A DNA stretch of 64,000 nucleotides, from contig NC_043012.1 of the NCBI RefSeq assembly GCF_006345805.1, forward strand, positions 1,550,001 to 1,614,000. The letters are read 5' to 3'. Under the pieces are notes generated by a model. It saw only the letters and a list, made by a program, of their open reading frames with translations. It had not been told where the DNA came from and did not search any database. Each line of letters opens with the position of its first letter. The stretch's first letter is position 1. Positions 49,245 through 62,463 of this stretch are shown here, piece after piece. Source of the DNA: Octopus sinensis (Eukaryota). Both the position numbers and the translations under genes were made by a program.

Positions 49245-49790
49245 TTAAGGCGGCTTGCTGGGAGAATCGTGAGCACGCTGGTCGAACTGCTTAGCGGTAT
49301 TTCGTCTGAGTTCAAATTCCGCCGAGGTCGACTTTGCCTTTCATCCTTTCGGGGTCGATAAATTAAGTACCAGTTACGCACTGGGGTCGATGTAATCGAC
49401 TTAATACCTATGTCTGTCCTTGTTTGTCCTCTCTGTATTTAGCCCCTTGTGGGTAATAAAGAAACAGAAATAGGTATTTCGTCTGAGTTTAAATTCCGCC
49501 GAGGTCGACTTCTTTTCATCCTTTCGGGGTCGATAAATTAAGTACCAGTTGCGCACTGGGGTCGATGTAATCGACTTAATACCTATGTCTGTCCTTGTTT
49601 GTCCTCTCTGTGTTTAGCCCCTTGTGGGTAATAAAGAAATAGGTATTTCCTCTGCCGCTACGTTCTGAGTTCAAATTCCGCCGAGGTCGACTTTCTTTTC
49701 ATCCTTTCGCTATCGATAAATTAAGTACCAGTTGAGCACTGAGGGTCGATGTAATCGATTGGTCTCCCAACTCCTAAATTTCTGGCCTTG
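49245..49790 (+). mobile_element. SINE family C with three tandem modules
   Basis: TTCCGCCGAGGTCGACTT occurs three times. Confidence 0.9.
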
Positions 49791-50464
49791 TGCCTGTAGT
49801 AAGTAGAATGGATTGTTATTATTCATTTTGTTCATCATGTACTGGTACGTGTGTATTCATCGTTATTTTATTTATTTTATTCAATTTCAGAAAAAAAAAA
49901 AATTGGAGCATGCCATTGACAATTACGCAGTGTATTGAACTTATTTTGTACGTGACTTTTGGCCCACCCTGTATTTATTATAAATCTTTTTTGATCTTTA
50001 TCCTGGCTTAATTATTCCTGAGTTAATAACTTCGATTTTTTTTGTTTGTATTTTACTCTGAATTACGGTTTCATTATTGCTTCCTTAAGGTTTCGTGTAT
50101 TTGCGAACTTTCTGTAAGGGCTGGCAAATTTCCTCGATATTAGACGGTTTGTGGTTTATAACAATGAGGACCTTATCCTATTTTGAATGCTTTTCTTACT
50201 CGTGTTGACTTGGGTTGTATCGGTCAACACGAGTAAGGCTTTTTTTTCATTTCTATATCTTATACATACATAAATTCATACATATATATTCAAGGATACG
50301 GATACATACACATATGAATACATCCAAACACATATACACACAAACATACATGCATGCATATATACATACATGTATGCATACATACAAACACATATATACA
50401 CAAACATACATACATGCATATATGGATACATGTATGCATGCATACAAACACATATATACATACA

Positions 50465-52380
50465 TCTAACTGGTTCACAAGGAGACTGAGATATCAAAAT
50501 TACGCGCTGTTTTTTTTTTATGGGTGACTTGAAACTATATGCAAAAAGTGATCATAAAATAAAAAAGAACCTTGACTTGATTGCAACATTCTCAAAGGAT
50601 ACAGAGTTAGAGTTTGGTCAGGACAAATGTTACTCTCTTTACTTGTTTCAGTCATTTGACTGCGGCCATGCTGGAGCACCGCCTTTAGTCGAGCAAATCG
50701 ACCCCAGGACTTATTCTTTGTAAGCCTAGTACTTATCCTATCGATCTCTTTGGCCGAAACGCTAAGTTACGGGGACGTAAACACACCAGCATCGGTTGTC
50801 AAGCGATGTTGGGGAGACAAAAACAGACACAGACACACAGACACACACACACACACATACATATATACGACGGGCTTCTTTCAGTTTCCGTCTACCAAAT
50901 ACACTCAGAAGGCTTTAAACGGCCCGAGGCTATAGTAGAAGACACTTTCCCAAGGTGCCACGCAGTGGAACTGAACCAGGAGCCATGTGGTTGGTAGGCA
51001 AGCTACTTACCACATAGCCACTCCTGTTATATGGTTATGAAAAGAAACTGTAAAATAGACTAGCGACATCTCCATCAATGACTTAACTGTTTCCCCTGTA
51101 CGTGTCATAAGACTTGGCAACGTTCTTTGTCTGATAACTTTAATGCTACAGATATCTTGGGGGTAGATGAAAGCATCTTACGGTGACACCTCTAACAAGA
51201 CACGTATCACTAAATATTACAGCAGAATAAAGAAAATATGGACTCTCTGCATTCAATAAAGCGGTGGACCACATTTGGGCTACCTGATTGGACGCTTGAT
51301 GAGATCCGAGCCATTGATGTGAAAATTCGGAAGATACTAACCAGCACACATAATTTCCATATTACCAGTGACGTAGACAGCGTCTACCTAAAACGAAAGG
51401 CTTAGCATCGATCCAAAATGCCTTTGAATGTCGCATCATATCCCTTCGGCAACACCTTTTAACTACCTAGTGTCGATGTGCATCCCTTGACCAAGTTTGC
51501 ATACATGAGGCTGATAACATCAAAAGACTTGGAAGGCATCTCCTTGAGCAACGTTCCTTGTCTGATAACCTTAAATACATGCCCAAAAAAGTTGCATGAC
51601 TCTAATGCAACGTATCATCCGATGAAAGGATAAGCGTATATGAGCAGACGACCGTGCATGGATATGTTAGTAGAAAACTCGGGGATGATAGTAGCATTGA
51701 TCATCAAAGCAGTCTATCATGGACCAACAACCGGATAACTAACTCCCATTTTGGAGGGTATGCGTTTGCAATCCAGGAACAGGAAATATCAACGAAATAC
51801 CTGTTGCAGAGAAGGGATAGAGACGCAGGAAAAGCAGTAAAATGTGACAACCGATACAGACTTTGTGGAGTTAACACAGAAAATATCACCCGCATCATAA
51901 GTAGTTATCCGTCGGAAGGATAACCCCGAGGCCAAAGAAATAAAAAACTACAATATGGTAAAAGCCATAGCTATTCATAATAAAAAGGAGTAATGGTGAA
52001 ATGTCTCAGTGATAACCTCAATAGAATTTAAACATAATAGATCTGACATAGTAATTTGGGATTGTGAAGAGAAACTGTGTGCAGTTGTGGAAATCAGCTG
52101 CCCAGCAGATGTTAACGTGAAGTTAATCAGTGAAAAAGTGAATACCTACGCTGAACTATTGAGGAATCTACAGCTAGTCTATCCAGATCACAAGTTCAGG
52201 TTTATACCTGTAATTATTGGGGCAGTGGGATATGTAACAACACACTGCCTAAATACCAATGTTGAGAAATTAGGCTTCTTAAAACCAGAAAGGGGAAAGC
52301 TAATTCGAAGACTACAGATCCAATCCATCACTGGGAGTGTAAATATCTGTATAACTTTCCAGAAGTTTACCATTTAAGTA
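50465..52380 (+). mobile_element. R4/Dong-clade LINE remnant interrupted by a SINE
   Basis: MGDLKLYAKS (cf. YMDDLKLYA); WTLDEIRAIDVKIRKILT; QEQEISTKYL...CRLCG; HNRSDIVIWD...VVEISCPADVN...IPVIIGAVG. Confidence 0.85.
50628..51027 (-). mobile_element. SINE family B inserted in the LINE RT
   Basis: Full copy splitting the RT domain. Confidence 0.9.
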
Positions 52381-52844
52381 TGTATGAGCTTGTCTAGCTA
52401 TGTAACTATACGCGTGAGAATACATACATGAAGCAAAACATACAAATCTGCACATATACATACATACAAAAAACCCTGTTGGTGTTGGAATTCCAATGAA
52501 GGAGCCTTGGCCCTGGGTTAGAAACCGGCTCCTTCCCTATTGGCAAGAAATCTTGAACAGTGACATGCATACATATACAGCTGTTTCAGTAAAACAGCTG
52601 CCCTGATTTCTTGACTTCCATAATTAAAACTCTGCTGATTGTTTATTAAATTGATTAATTGTCATTAAATAGCATATATTACTTTAAATAGCATATATTA
52701 TTAGAGTATGACGGTTAGCCTGTCAAATTATGCAGAGGCAGGGAAACACTTTACACTGCTTTAAATCCAGTTGGTTTCATACCAGAAGCCACGTAAGCAA
52801 ATGTTCTGCCCACGGAACGACATGTTGCTAATAACAATTAGATA

Positions 52845-53062
52845 CTGGTTTCAAATTTTCGCACAAGGCCAGTAATTTCGGGAGGGGGGACGAGTCAATT
52901 ACGTCGATCCCAGTGTGCAACTGGGACTTATTTTATTGTCCCCGAAAGAATGAAAAGTAAAGTCAATCTCAGCGGAATTTGAACTCAGAGCGTAAAGACG
53001 GATGAAATTACGCTAAGCATTTTGGCCGGCGTGCTAACAATTCTTCCCGTTCGCCACCTCAA
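52845..53062 (-). mobile_element. SINE family C
   Basis: CCCGAAAGAATGAAAAGTAAAGTC...GAATTTGAACTCAG...GCTAAC. Confidence 0.8.
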
Positions 53063-53086
53063 TAATAATAATAATAATAATAATAA

Positions 53087-53151
<65 letters not shown>

Positions 53152-53174
53152 ATAATAATAATAATAATAATAAT

Positions 53175-53735
53175 AAATGCACTAATGCAGTACCAGGCAG
53201 TGGCTCTCGAGGCTTCTGATCTTAACTGATTGGAAGTGCTATCATGTACGTTGTTTTGTCTTGGTATAAAAGATGGGTGACAGCAAATATTTTGTTCAAT
53301 GCTACAGATTTGCTTGTCAATTGTTTGACCTTAACCAGTTGAGCATGTCCCTTAGTGGCTGACGATATGTGCATCTCTGATCACGAGCAGAAGTATTTGG
53401 GGAGCATCATAACCATGTGCTGAGTGGAATTTTTGGGGGTTTGGATAATTCACTTTTGGAAACATGGATGTTTCGTTCAACATCCTTAAAGAACCCTTAT
53501 TTAGGGACCTTTTGAGCGGGATGGGCTACTCGACTGGAAGAAAATTCTAACTGGGCCCCACCGGCAAGGTCATGCACTGTTTATCTTGATATGAGATCAC
53601 CATGTCGCACACATATGGTTGTGATGCATGTGCCTTGTGTACCCTTATCAGACGGGTGGTCATGATGGGTATACTGGGCTTCGTATATTTTACCCCAGTG
53701 TCACTTTGATGGCATGCACTGCTCTCTCACCCAAT
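53175..53735. repeat. Unclassified non-coding repeat between (TAA)n tracts, possibly a LINE 3'-UTR derivative
   Basis: Complex sequence bounded by TAA repeats with an AATAAAATAATAA tail; no ORF. Confidence 0.35.
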
Positions 53736-53737
53736 AA

Positions 53738-53789
<52 letters not shown>

Positions 53790-54200
53790 GTTCACGTTAA
53801 TGGTACGAACATGAGCCTGAGAGAGTTACCGAGAACAACGAATATAAGATACTGTAGGATTTTACAATCCAATGTGACTCCCTAATCGAGGCTCGGAGAC
53901 CAGATATTGTTGTGGTAGATAAAGGGAAAATGGAGACCAAGATCATAGATATTGTAATACCTGGAGATGCACGCATAAGTGATAAAGAACTAGAAAAAAA
54001 TTGAAAAGTACAGACTACTAAAAGACGAAATTGCAAGAATGTCTGTCATTCCAGTAGCTGTGGGGACACTCGGAGCACTAGAAAGTAAGTTCGAGAAATA
54101 TGTCAGAGAAATCGGAATTGAGATGAGAGCAGAGCAAACCCCCCAAAACTGCTCTGCTGGGGACAGCTACGCTCTTGAGATTGGTACTTGGATGATGAAT
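53790..54200 (+). mobile_element. R4/Dong LINE 3' fragment (REL endonuclease)
   Basis: WYEHEPERV...DFTIQCD..IEARRPDIVVVDK...IIDIVIPGD...EKYR...TALLGTA; follows (TAA)n. Confidence 0.85.
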
Positions 54201-54385
54201 GTCTCCCACGATAATTAACAATCAAGTATCAGAGTTTATAATTTGTGGAAAGAGATCCTGTGAGGCCTCTAGCAGCAGGCTACTGTCCGCTCTCACAGAA
54301 TCTACCAGAACTAGGAACAAACATATATATATAAATAGTATATATATATATATATTATATATTATATATAATATATATATATATA

Positions 54386-55125
54386 GGGGTCATGCACTTT
54401 CGCATCTCTCCTTGAAAAATGCATTTCTTTAAAAAACATCTTAGATGTCGGAGATTCCAAATATGCCAAAAAAAAAAAGAGAAAGAAATTACACCCCCCT
54501 CCTTAAAATTTTGATCTTTATAGAATTTTTTTTTCCTATTTTTTTAGATGACAGAGATTCCGAATATGCAAGAAACCAAGTTTTCAAAATTTTAGATTCA
54601 ATAAGTATATAGTTGTGGGTATAAAGAGATAGATAGATAGATATGAATGTCTTCCTGGGGCTAAAAACAACAGTAACACTGTCCTCTATAGAACTGCCAC
54701 TTTTAGTTGACAAACATATTTTATGAATAAACGGACAGAGATAAATGGATGAAAAAGTTCAAAATTTAAAATTGGGAGTTGAGCCCCTTATTAAACTTTA
54801 TAACATTAATTATTAAACATCCATGTTTGTTTCTCATAAAATGGTGTATATTTATTTTACATTAAATTATTATTTACGATTATTTAAGACAAATTCTTTT
54901 CACTTTAATGTTTTTGTCTGTATTTAATTTCGATTTGCATATGTTCAACAATTTGCTATGATCTCTTTAAAGTAAACAAAGTCAAAAATCTAAATTGGGG
55001 TGAAATTAAAAAACGATTATTTTCTTTTTGCATTTTCATTATGTTCGACATTTAAAATGTAGAAATCCGAAATATTTTTTTCCAAAAGATGCATTTTTCA
55101 AGGAGAGGCGTGAAACTGCATTAGC

Positions 55126-55127
<2 letters not shown>
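54386..55127. mobile_element. MITE / non-autonomous DNA transposon with about 45-bp TIRs in (TA)n
   Basis: GGGGTCATGCACTTTCGCATCTCTCCTTGAAAAATGCAT ... ATGCATTTTTCAAGGAGAGGCGTGAAACTGCATTAGCCC. Confidence 0.8.
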
Positions 55128-55202
<75 letters not shown>

Positions 55203-55944
55203 ATATATATATATATATTATATATATATTATATATATATATATATTTTAAAAAAACCAGTAGTTTGCAATGTTATACCGTAAAGTAATATAGTCATCTA
55301 CTAAACTTGACTAAGGGTGTCAACTTTAGTTGATTGTAATTTTCCTATATGCGTGTGTGTGTGTGTGGATGTGCAACTCATAAATCAATCAAGATTAAGT
55401 AAATATCTACAGGATGAAATCAGACTGGCATCGATAAAAACTAAATCAAAGGGTTGATTAAACTACTTCAGAGATAAGAATGGTAAACCACGCACGTTTT
55501 ATGCCTGTGGTATGCGCGCGTACATGGACTCGTTGACCTGTCAACGGATGTCTCTATATACTGAAAATGTTGATAAATGAATGTCTTTGTATAGTAATTG
55601 CATGATCTTTTGGGATAAGTTGGGCAACTGTATCGACGATTGTACATAATAAAGACAAAAATTTAGCATACACGGTTTTTATTAACCATGTATTATAAAA
55701 AATACATTCATAAATAAAGTACAAAACTGGGAATGGTTATTATCGGTTTAGCCCAGAGAAAGTAAATTCGGCCTAGCCTAATCTAGAGACAAGTTAATTC
55801 GACTTTATAACATTAATTATTAATCAATTAACGGTGAGGTATGCCTCCATATATTTATATTAATGTTTACCTATATGGGTTTTTATTACATTACTGATAA
55901 TTAATTGATTTTATTTTTAATTATGTATATGTATATATATATAT

Positions 55945-56010
<66 letters not shown>

Positions 56011-56519
56011 TAAGGTTTAACGCCACCTAAACACCGGTGTTCCCTAGGACCCGGCGATGCGGCTATTTCAACCCCAGGATAACGCCTCCTTCAACTGGTT
56101 ATTCAGTGCACTTTACATTCGATATATATTGCAAGCGGGGAGAGAACTCCCTTCTATTTTAGTCCCGCGACCACCAGACTGTACGGTTTCGACTTCTTTA
56201 TTTTCAGCCTCGGTAATGGATACTCGTCCGCTAGCCATATCAGTAGGTCACCCCAGCTCTCAATATACAGAAAATAAGTGACATGCAATCACTGATCTTG
56301 CAATAAGCAAACTAGCTAGTTTAGAACATCTCTATAAGAGATGAAAGCCGCCCTCATCAACTTTGATCCGGCAAAACATCGAGGATGTGATAGCGGCAGT
56401 ACTGGGTGGAACAAAAAAAGTAATGTCTTGTCCTCGACACAATACACTTTTCAACCCCGATATCGAACCCGCGAGCTTATGATCGTGAGCCAAACACCCT
56501 AAGTACTAATATACGCTCC

Positions 56520-57170
56520 GTCACATACACGCAAGTAAATATAATACATGTGTGTGTGTGAGTGTGTGTGTGATAGAGTGTATGTGTGTGAGGAAGTGTG
56601 TTTGTGTGTGAGGGCGTGTATTTCTGTGTTAGGGTGTGTGTGTATGTGAGGGAGTATGTGTGTGAGAGGGAGTGTGTGCGTGTGTGAGGGAGTGTGTGTG
56701 TGTATGAGGGAGTGTGTGCGTGTGTAAGGGTGTGTGTGTGAGGGAGTGTGTTTGTGTGTGATGGAGTGTATGTGTAAGGGAGTATGTGTGTAGGAAGGAG
56801 AGGGAGTGTTTGCGTGTGTGAGGGAGAGTGTGTGTGAGGGAGAGTGTGTGTGAGGGAGTGTGTGTGTGTGAGAGTGTGTATTTGTGTTAGGTTGTGTGAA
56901 TTTGAGGGAGTGTGTGTGAGAGAGAGAGGGAGTGTGTGCGTGTGTGAGGGAGTGTGTGCGTGTGTAAGTGTGTGTGCGTGTGAGGGAGTGTGTGTGTAAG
57001 AGGGAGAGGGAGTGTGTGTGTAAGAGGGAGAGGGAGTGTGTGCGTATGTGAGGGAGAGTGTGTGTGAGGGAGTGTGTGTGTGTGTGTGTGTGAGGGAGTT
57101 TGTGTGTGTGTGAGAGTGTGTGCGTGTGTGATGGAGTGTGTGCGTGTGTGAGGGAGTGTGTGTGTCTCAA
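56520..57170. repeat. GTGAGGGAGTGTGT-type minisatellite
   Basis: Visible iteration; explains ORF 56499..57170. Confidence 0.9.
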
Positions 57171-57315
57171 ACTACACCATCACGCCACACGCTTGGCTCA
57201 TGAACCTTGCATGATATTTTGAGGTAAAAATATAATAATAATTATTTTTGTTCGAATGCTTCAGAGAATTTTTAAATTACTTATCTCTATCTCTCTGTCT
57301 ATCTGACTACTTCTC

Positions 57316-57370
<55 letters not shown>

Positions 57371-57589
57371 TCTCTCTCTCTCTCTGCTCTGCTCTATTTG
57401 ATGCAATGCCCATTATATTTACTCTACTCTCTTGTGTTTAATCATCCTGACTATTTGTTGACAAAGCATATGAAAATTACTTATTTCTTACTCTTTTTTT
57501 CCCTTCTTATGACACAGCTGTTGTATTATAGACTCGGATAGTTTTCATAATAATAATAATAATAATAATAATGATTATAATGATAAACC

Positions 57590-57800
57590 TTTTTACTATA
57601 GACACAAGGCCTGTACTTTTGGGGGAGGTGGGGACTAATGGATTTTATCGACGCCAGTAATGAACTGGTACTTATTTTATCGATCCCGAGAGGATGAAAG
57701 GAAATTCGACCTCGGCGGAATTTGAAATCAAAATGTAAAGATAGATGAAATGCGGCTAAGCATTTTGCCCGGCGTGCTAACGATTCTACCAGCCCACTGC
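57590..57800 (-). mobile_element. SINE family C
   Basis: CGACCTCGGCGGAATTTGAA...GGCGTGCTAACGATTCTACCAG. Confidence 0.8.
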
Positions 57801-58122
57801 TTTCACAACAACAACAACAACAACAATAACATCCCAGGAGGACCATGTCTCAGAGAAATCCAAAAGATTGTGCTGACAATTACTACCAACATCCTTAGAA
57901 GAACCCTATCAATTTAAATGTCTGTGTTGTATTACATGAAGATATTTCGCTAATGCCCCTGCCTCTTCCCCTCCCAAAACTTCGAGTCATACAGTATCCT
58001 TCACTTACCTTAGGACGCCGGGTGTGTCTTAGCAAGTGGTTGTAACAAACATGCAGATTAAAACAACAACAACAACAATACTACTAATGATAGTAATAAT
58101 AGTAATAATAATAATAATAATA

Positions 58123-58155
<33 letters not shown>

Positions 58156-58249
58156 GGCCGGCATCATCAAAATTGAAAATTGTGTAACTAAAAAAAAAAA
58201 TTTTTTAAGACTGAACATACACACACACACACACACACACATACACAAA

Positions 58250-58780
58250 AAGAAAATGCATGGTCAGTTTGCAAGAAATGTGAACGCCAAGACAGATGCA
58301 GAGGACTGGTGGCTATGGATGAGGAGGAGAGACTTGAAGATAGAGATAGAAGTACTCATATGCGCAGCTCGGGAAGAGGCTTTAAGGACCAATTATATGA
58401 AGTGCATAATTGACAACACTACCGATATCGACAACAACTGCAGAATGTGTGGTGAGACGGGCGAAACGGTATGGCACATCGTTAGCGAATGCTCGAAATT
58501 GGCGCAACGTGAATACAAAAGACGACATGACAATGTGGCAAGAATGTTCCATTGGGAACTCTGTGGAAATCACGGCCTACAAAGAGCAAAGACGTGGTAT
58601 CCACAAACCGGGTTGCGGATCCGTGGAACAAACTGCCAGACGAGATGGTGAAGATGCCGACGACCGCTTTGTTCAAAGCCTCCCTGGACCTCAAGTGGCC
58701 TGAACTCTTTACATGAACACCACCCTGTACTTAACTCCATGTCCCCGTACATGGCCTTGCTATTTGCTTTTGAGCCAAAT

Positions 58781-58816
<36 letters not shown>

Positions 58817-59095
58817 CTCGAATGAGTCACAAAAAACTGAGAATTGCAAAATCCTGTGGGATGCAATGATCCAGGGCGATCACCTGACCAGACATAAGAA
58901 ACCGGACATTGTTGTGGAGGAAGAACATGTATGTGTATCGACATAGCACGCACCGGTGACAGCAGGATTAATGTGAAAGGAGGAGAAAAATTAAACAACT
59001 ACGACGATTTAAAGTGGGAAATACGAAGGTTGTGGTCAATGAAGAAAGCAGACATGATACCAATAGTAATTGGTGCAATTGGAAGTATCAGCACT
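58250..59095 (+). mobile_element. R4/Dong LINE C-terminal fragment with a nested CR1 insertion
   Basis: MHGQF...EALRTNY...CRMCGETGETVWHIVSECSKLAQREYKRRHD; KILWD...PDIVV; IPIVIGAIG. Confidence 0.85.
58598..58816 (+). mobile_element. CR1/L2-clade LINE 3' end with an (AACT)n tail
   Basis: RVADPWNKLPDEMVKMPTTALFKASLD (cf. RVV..WNSLP...FK..LD) and a tandem tail. Confidence 0.75.
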
Positions 59096-59360
59096 GTTTC
59101 TTACTCGTGAACAATCTAGCAGAGGCTCACTTCCATCTCACTTCTAGCACAGCATACACATCGACCTGCGACGCTCCATCTTTCCCATAATCTCACCAGA
59201 CCTACCTTTCATTGTGCCAATGTTTATGGTAGTGGTCCTAAAATTGTAGTGGCAGTGGGAAGGCAGTCATTGTAGGATTTTCGTCAGTATCTAAAAAGAT
59301 CTGCACAAACGCTTACCAAGTAGCAGAGAGCTTTGGTACATTGTTTATTCAATTCAATGG

Positions 59361-59409
<49 letters not shown>

Positions 59410-59444
59410 TATTATTATTATTATTATTATTATTATCATCATCA

Positions 59445-61634
59445 TTCAGTAGTTTTATTTTTATAGCGTGCTTTCACTTCACTACCGAGCGCAGCTCTGT
59501 GTGCCTTGGGTATGTGTTGTGATTTATTGTGATGCTCTGATGGTTATTGTATGAAAAGTGTTCTGCGTAGGATGTGTGCAGTGCCTAGTAGTGCAATTTT
59601 CTGTATGTTATATGTGTTTGTAAGTCCTGGTGTTTTTGTTATGTATTTGTCTGAATATTTTTTTATCATGCCTAATGCACCTACTATGATAGGAATTGTT
59701 TCTGTTTTTAGATTCCACATTCTAGTTACCTCTATTTCCAGGTCTTTTGAGAGTTTCTCCATTTCTTTTAGAGACATGTTGTCATCTGCTGGTATTGATA
59801 CATCAATTAGAAAGCATTTTTTTTTCTTCATGATCTCCGACAACTATATCTGGTCTGTTGGCCTTAATTTCTCTATCTGTGTGTATTGGCATATCCCAGA
59901 GTATGGTTGCTTTCTCGTTTTCTGTGACCTTTTCTGGTGTGTGCCTATACTATCTTTTTTCTGTTGTTATTCCATAATGTTGGCATAGCTTCCAGTATAT
60001 GTAGGTCCCAACTCTGTCGTGTCTGGGAATATATTCCTTCTTAGCCAGGACTGGGCAGCCAGAGATAATATGATTTATTGTTTCTTGTCCATCTCCACAC
60101 ATTCTGCAGTTACTTGTTATATTTCCTTTCATTACATGTTTTTGGTAATTTCTGGTGGGGAGGCTTTGATCTTGTGCTGCAATTAAAAATCCCTCTGTCT
60201 CTGCTTTGAATCTTGAGCTTCTCAACCATTGCTGGGATTTTTCTTAGTCTATTTCTTTTGCATTTAGTTTAGTCCAGTATTTGCCATGAAGGGGCTTTTC
60301 TTGCCATCGTTTTATCATGGTTCGTTGCTGTTCTAGGTTTAGTTTAGATTTCATTTGTTTTATAGCTTTTGTTGTTTCTTCTTCTTCTTCTTCTTCTTCT
60401 TCTTCTTCTTCTTCTTCTTCTTCTTCTTCTTCTTCTTCTTCTTCTTCTTCTTCTTCTTCTTCTTCTTCTTCTTCATATTTGTTAGGTGGTATGATTTCTT
60501 GTTTGTATTTGTCAGCTTCCTTAAATACTGAGAACAGTTTTTTGTTTTGCTCATGTTTTGCCGCTATTTGTATCAGTTTTCCTTCCTTCTGAAGTAGATA
60601 TTTTTGCAGTCCTATGATGGTTATTTTATAGTAGTTTTCCAGCTGTATAAGGCCTCTACCACCTTCTATACGTTGTATATATAACCTTTCTATGTCAGAT
60701 TTTGGGTGATGCATCCTAGATCCTGTCATTATTTTTCTTGTTTTCCTATCTATTTTGGTCAATTCATTTAGTGTCCAGTTAAGGATATTGTAGCTGTAAC
60801 TAATAACTGGGACAGCTAAAGTGTTAATACCTATTATCTTGTTTTTAGCATTGAGCTCTGTTTTCAGTCTATAATAACTCGTCTATAATATTATTTTTTT
60901 TATTTTCTCTTTCATTTGTGTGTGTTGTGTCTTATCTAGTTCATGGATTTCTACGTATTTGTAAGTTTGGCTTTGGTCTAATTCTTTTATTTCATTGGTT
61001 TTATCTAGGGTGATGTTGCTACTCTTAACTAGTTTTCCTCTTTTCAGGGTTACTTTGGCGCATTTTTCTAATCCAAATTTCATATCTATTTCTTTGGTAA
61101 ATCCATGAACTGTCTTTAGTAGTGTTTCCAGCTGTTTGTCATTTGTAGCGTATAGTTTTAGGTCATCCATATATAAAAGGTGGCTGATCGTTTTGCCGTA
61201 ACATTTATATCCGCATCCAGTTCTATTTAGCATATCAAATAGAGGTGACAGTGCCAAACAGAAAAGGAGTGGAGAGAGCGTGTCTCCCTGGAATATTCCT
61301 CTTCTAATGGGGATGGCTTTGGTTTTCACGAGTCCCTCTTTTGTTTGGAGCTGTAGCACTGTCTGCCATTTATTCATAGAGTGTCCTATGTATTTTATAA
61401 TTGTTGGTGCTACTTTGTTAATGGCTCGTGTTTCGAGGATCCATGTGTGGGAGATGCTATCAAACGCTTTACTGTAGTCGATCCAGGCCATACTGAGGCC
61501 TTTCTTCTTTCTGTGGCTGTCTTCAGTTATGGCTTTATTGATCATTAGTTGATCTTTACAGCCATATGAGCCTTTGCGGCATCCTTTCTGCTCTTCTGGA
61601 AACAGGTTGTTTTCGTCCAGGTGCTTGTTCAATC

Positions 61635-61636
<2 letters not shown>
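59445..61636 (-). mobile_element. 5'-truncated R4/Dong-clade non-LTR retrotransposon (RT + CCHC + REL)
   Basis: EEQKGCRKGSYGCKDQL, WIDYSKAFDS, RGIFQGDTLSPLLF, HLLYMDDLKLY, CRMC..ETINHIISGC, DVSIPAD..EK, IPIIVGALG. (TAA)n on both flanks; frameshifts. Confidence 0.95.
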
Positions 61637-61719
<83 letters not shown>

Positions 61720-61729
61720 ATAGTAGTAA

Positions 61730-61885
61730 AGGCGGTGAGCTGGCAGACTCGTTAACCCGATCCAAAAATGCTTAGCGGCATTTCGTCCGTCATTACGTAC
61801 TGAGTTCAAATTCTGCTGGGGTCGACTTTGCCTTTCATCCTTTCGGGGTTGATAAATTAAGTGCCAGTGAAACACTGGGGCAGGC
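61730..61885 (+). mobile_element. SINE family C
   Basis: GGCGGTGAGCTGGCAGACTCGTTA...GAGTTCAAATTC...GTCGACTTTGCC. Confidence 0.85.
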
Positions 61886-61960
61886 CTTGTGTCTTTAGTA
61901 GAAATGATTATCATTAGTAGTAGTAGTAGTGTGTGATGGTGGTGGTGTGTGTATGTGTGG

Positions 61961-61996
<36 letters not shown>

Positions 61997-62199
61997 CAAC
62001 AGTAGCAGCATATTGCTATTGAGCGCTTTTTTTTTTTTTACATAACATCCTATTTGTTCAAATGATGTACTTTTCAAAGAGACAAAAGTGATTGGCCATC
62101 AATTTAAATATAGAGTACAAAGTTCTAAAAAATTTTCTCTCTGTTCGCCTGACACAACCATTAACGCATCAATGAAAATTTGGTTATTATAAATGCTTT

Positions 62200-62270
62200 A
62201 TGTGGAGGAAGAACACGTATGTATATCGACATAGCACGCCCCAGTGGCAGCAGGATCAATGTGCCTAGAA
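62200..62270 (+). mobile_element. Short R4/Dong fragment
   Basis: GTGGAGGAAGAACACGTATGTATATCGACATAGCACG matches 58915-58975. Confidence 0.6.
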
Positions 62271-62349
62271 ACTCAAAGAAGCGTATAATGACTTCGCTCA
62301 TTCCCACGCTGTATATATATATATATATAATATATATAATATATATATA

Positions 62350-62462
<113 letters not shown>

Positions 62463-62463
62463 A

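Noticed and set aside
56175-56210. CTGAAAA...TC GAAA CCG TA on the minus strand
   Set aside because: Core mutated and stems I and II unsupported.
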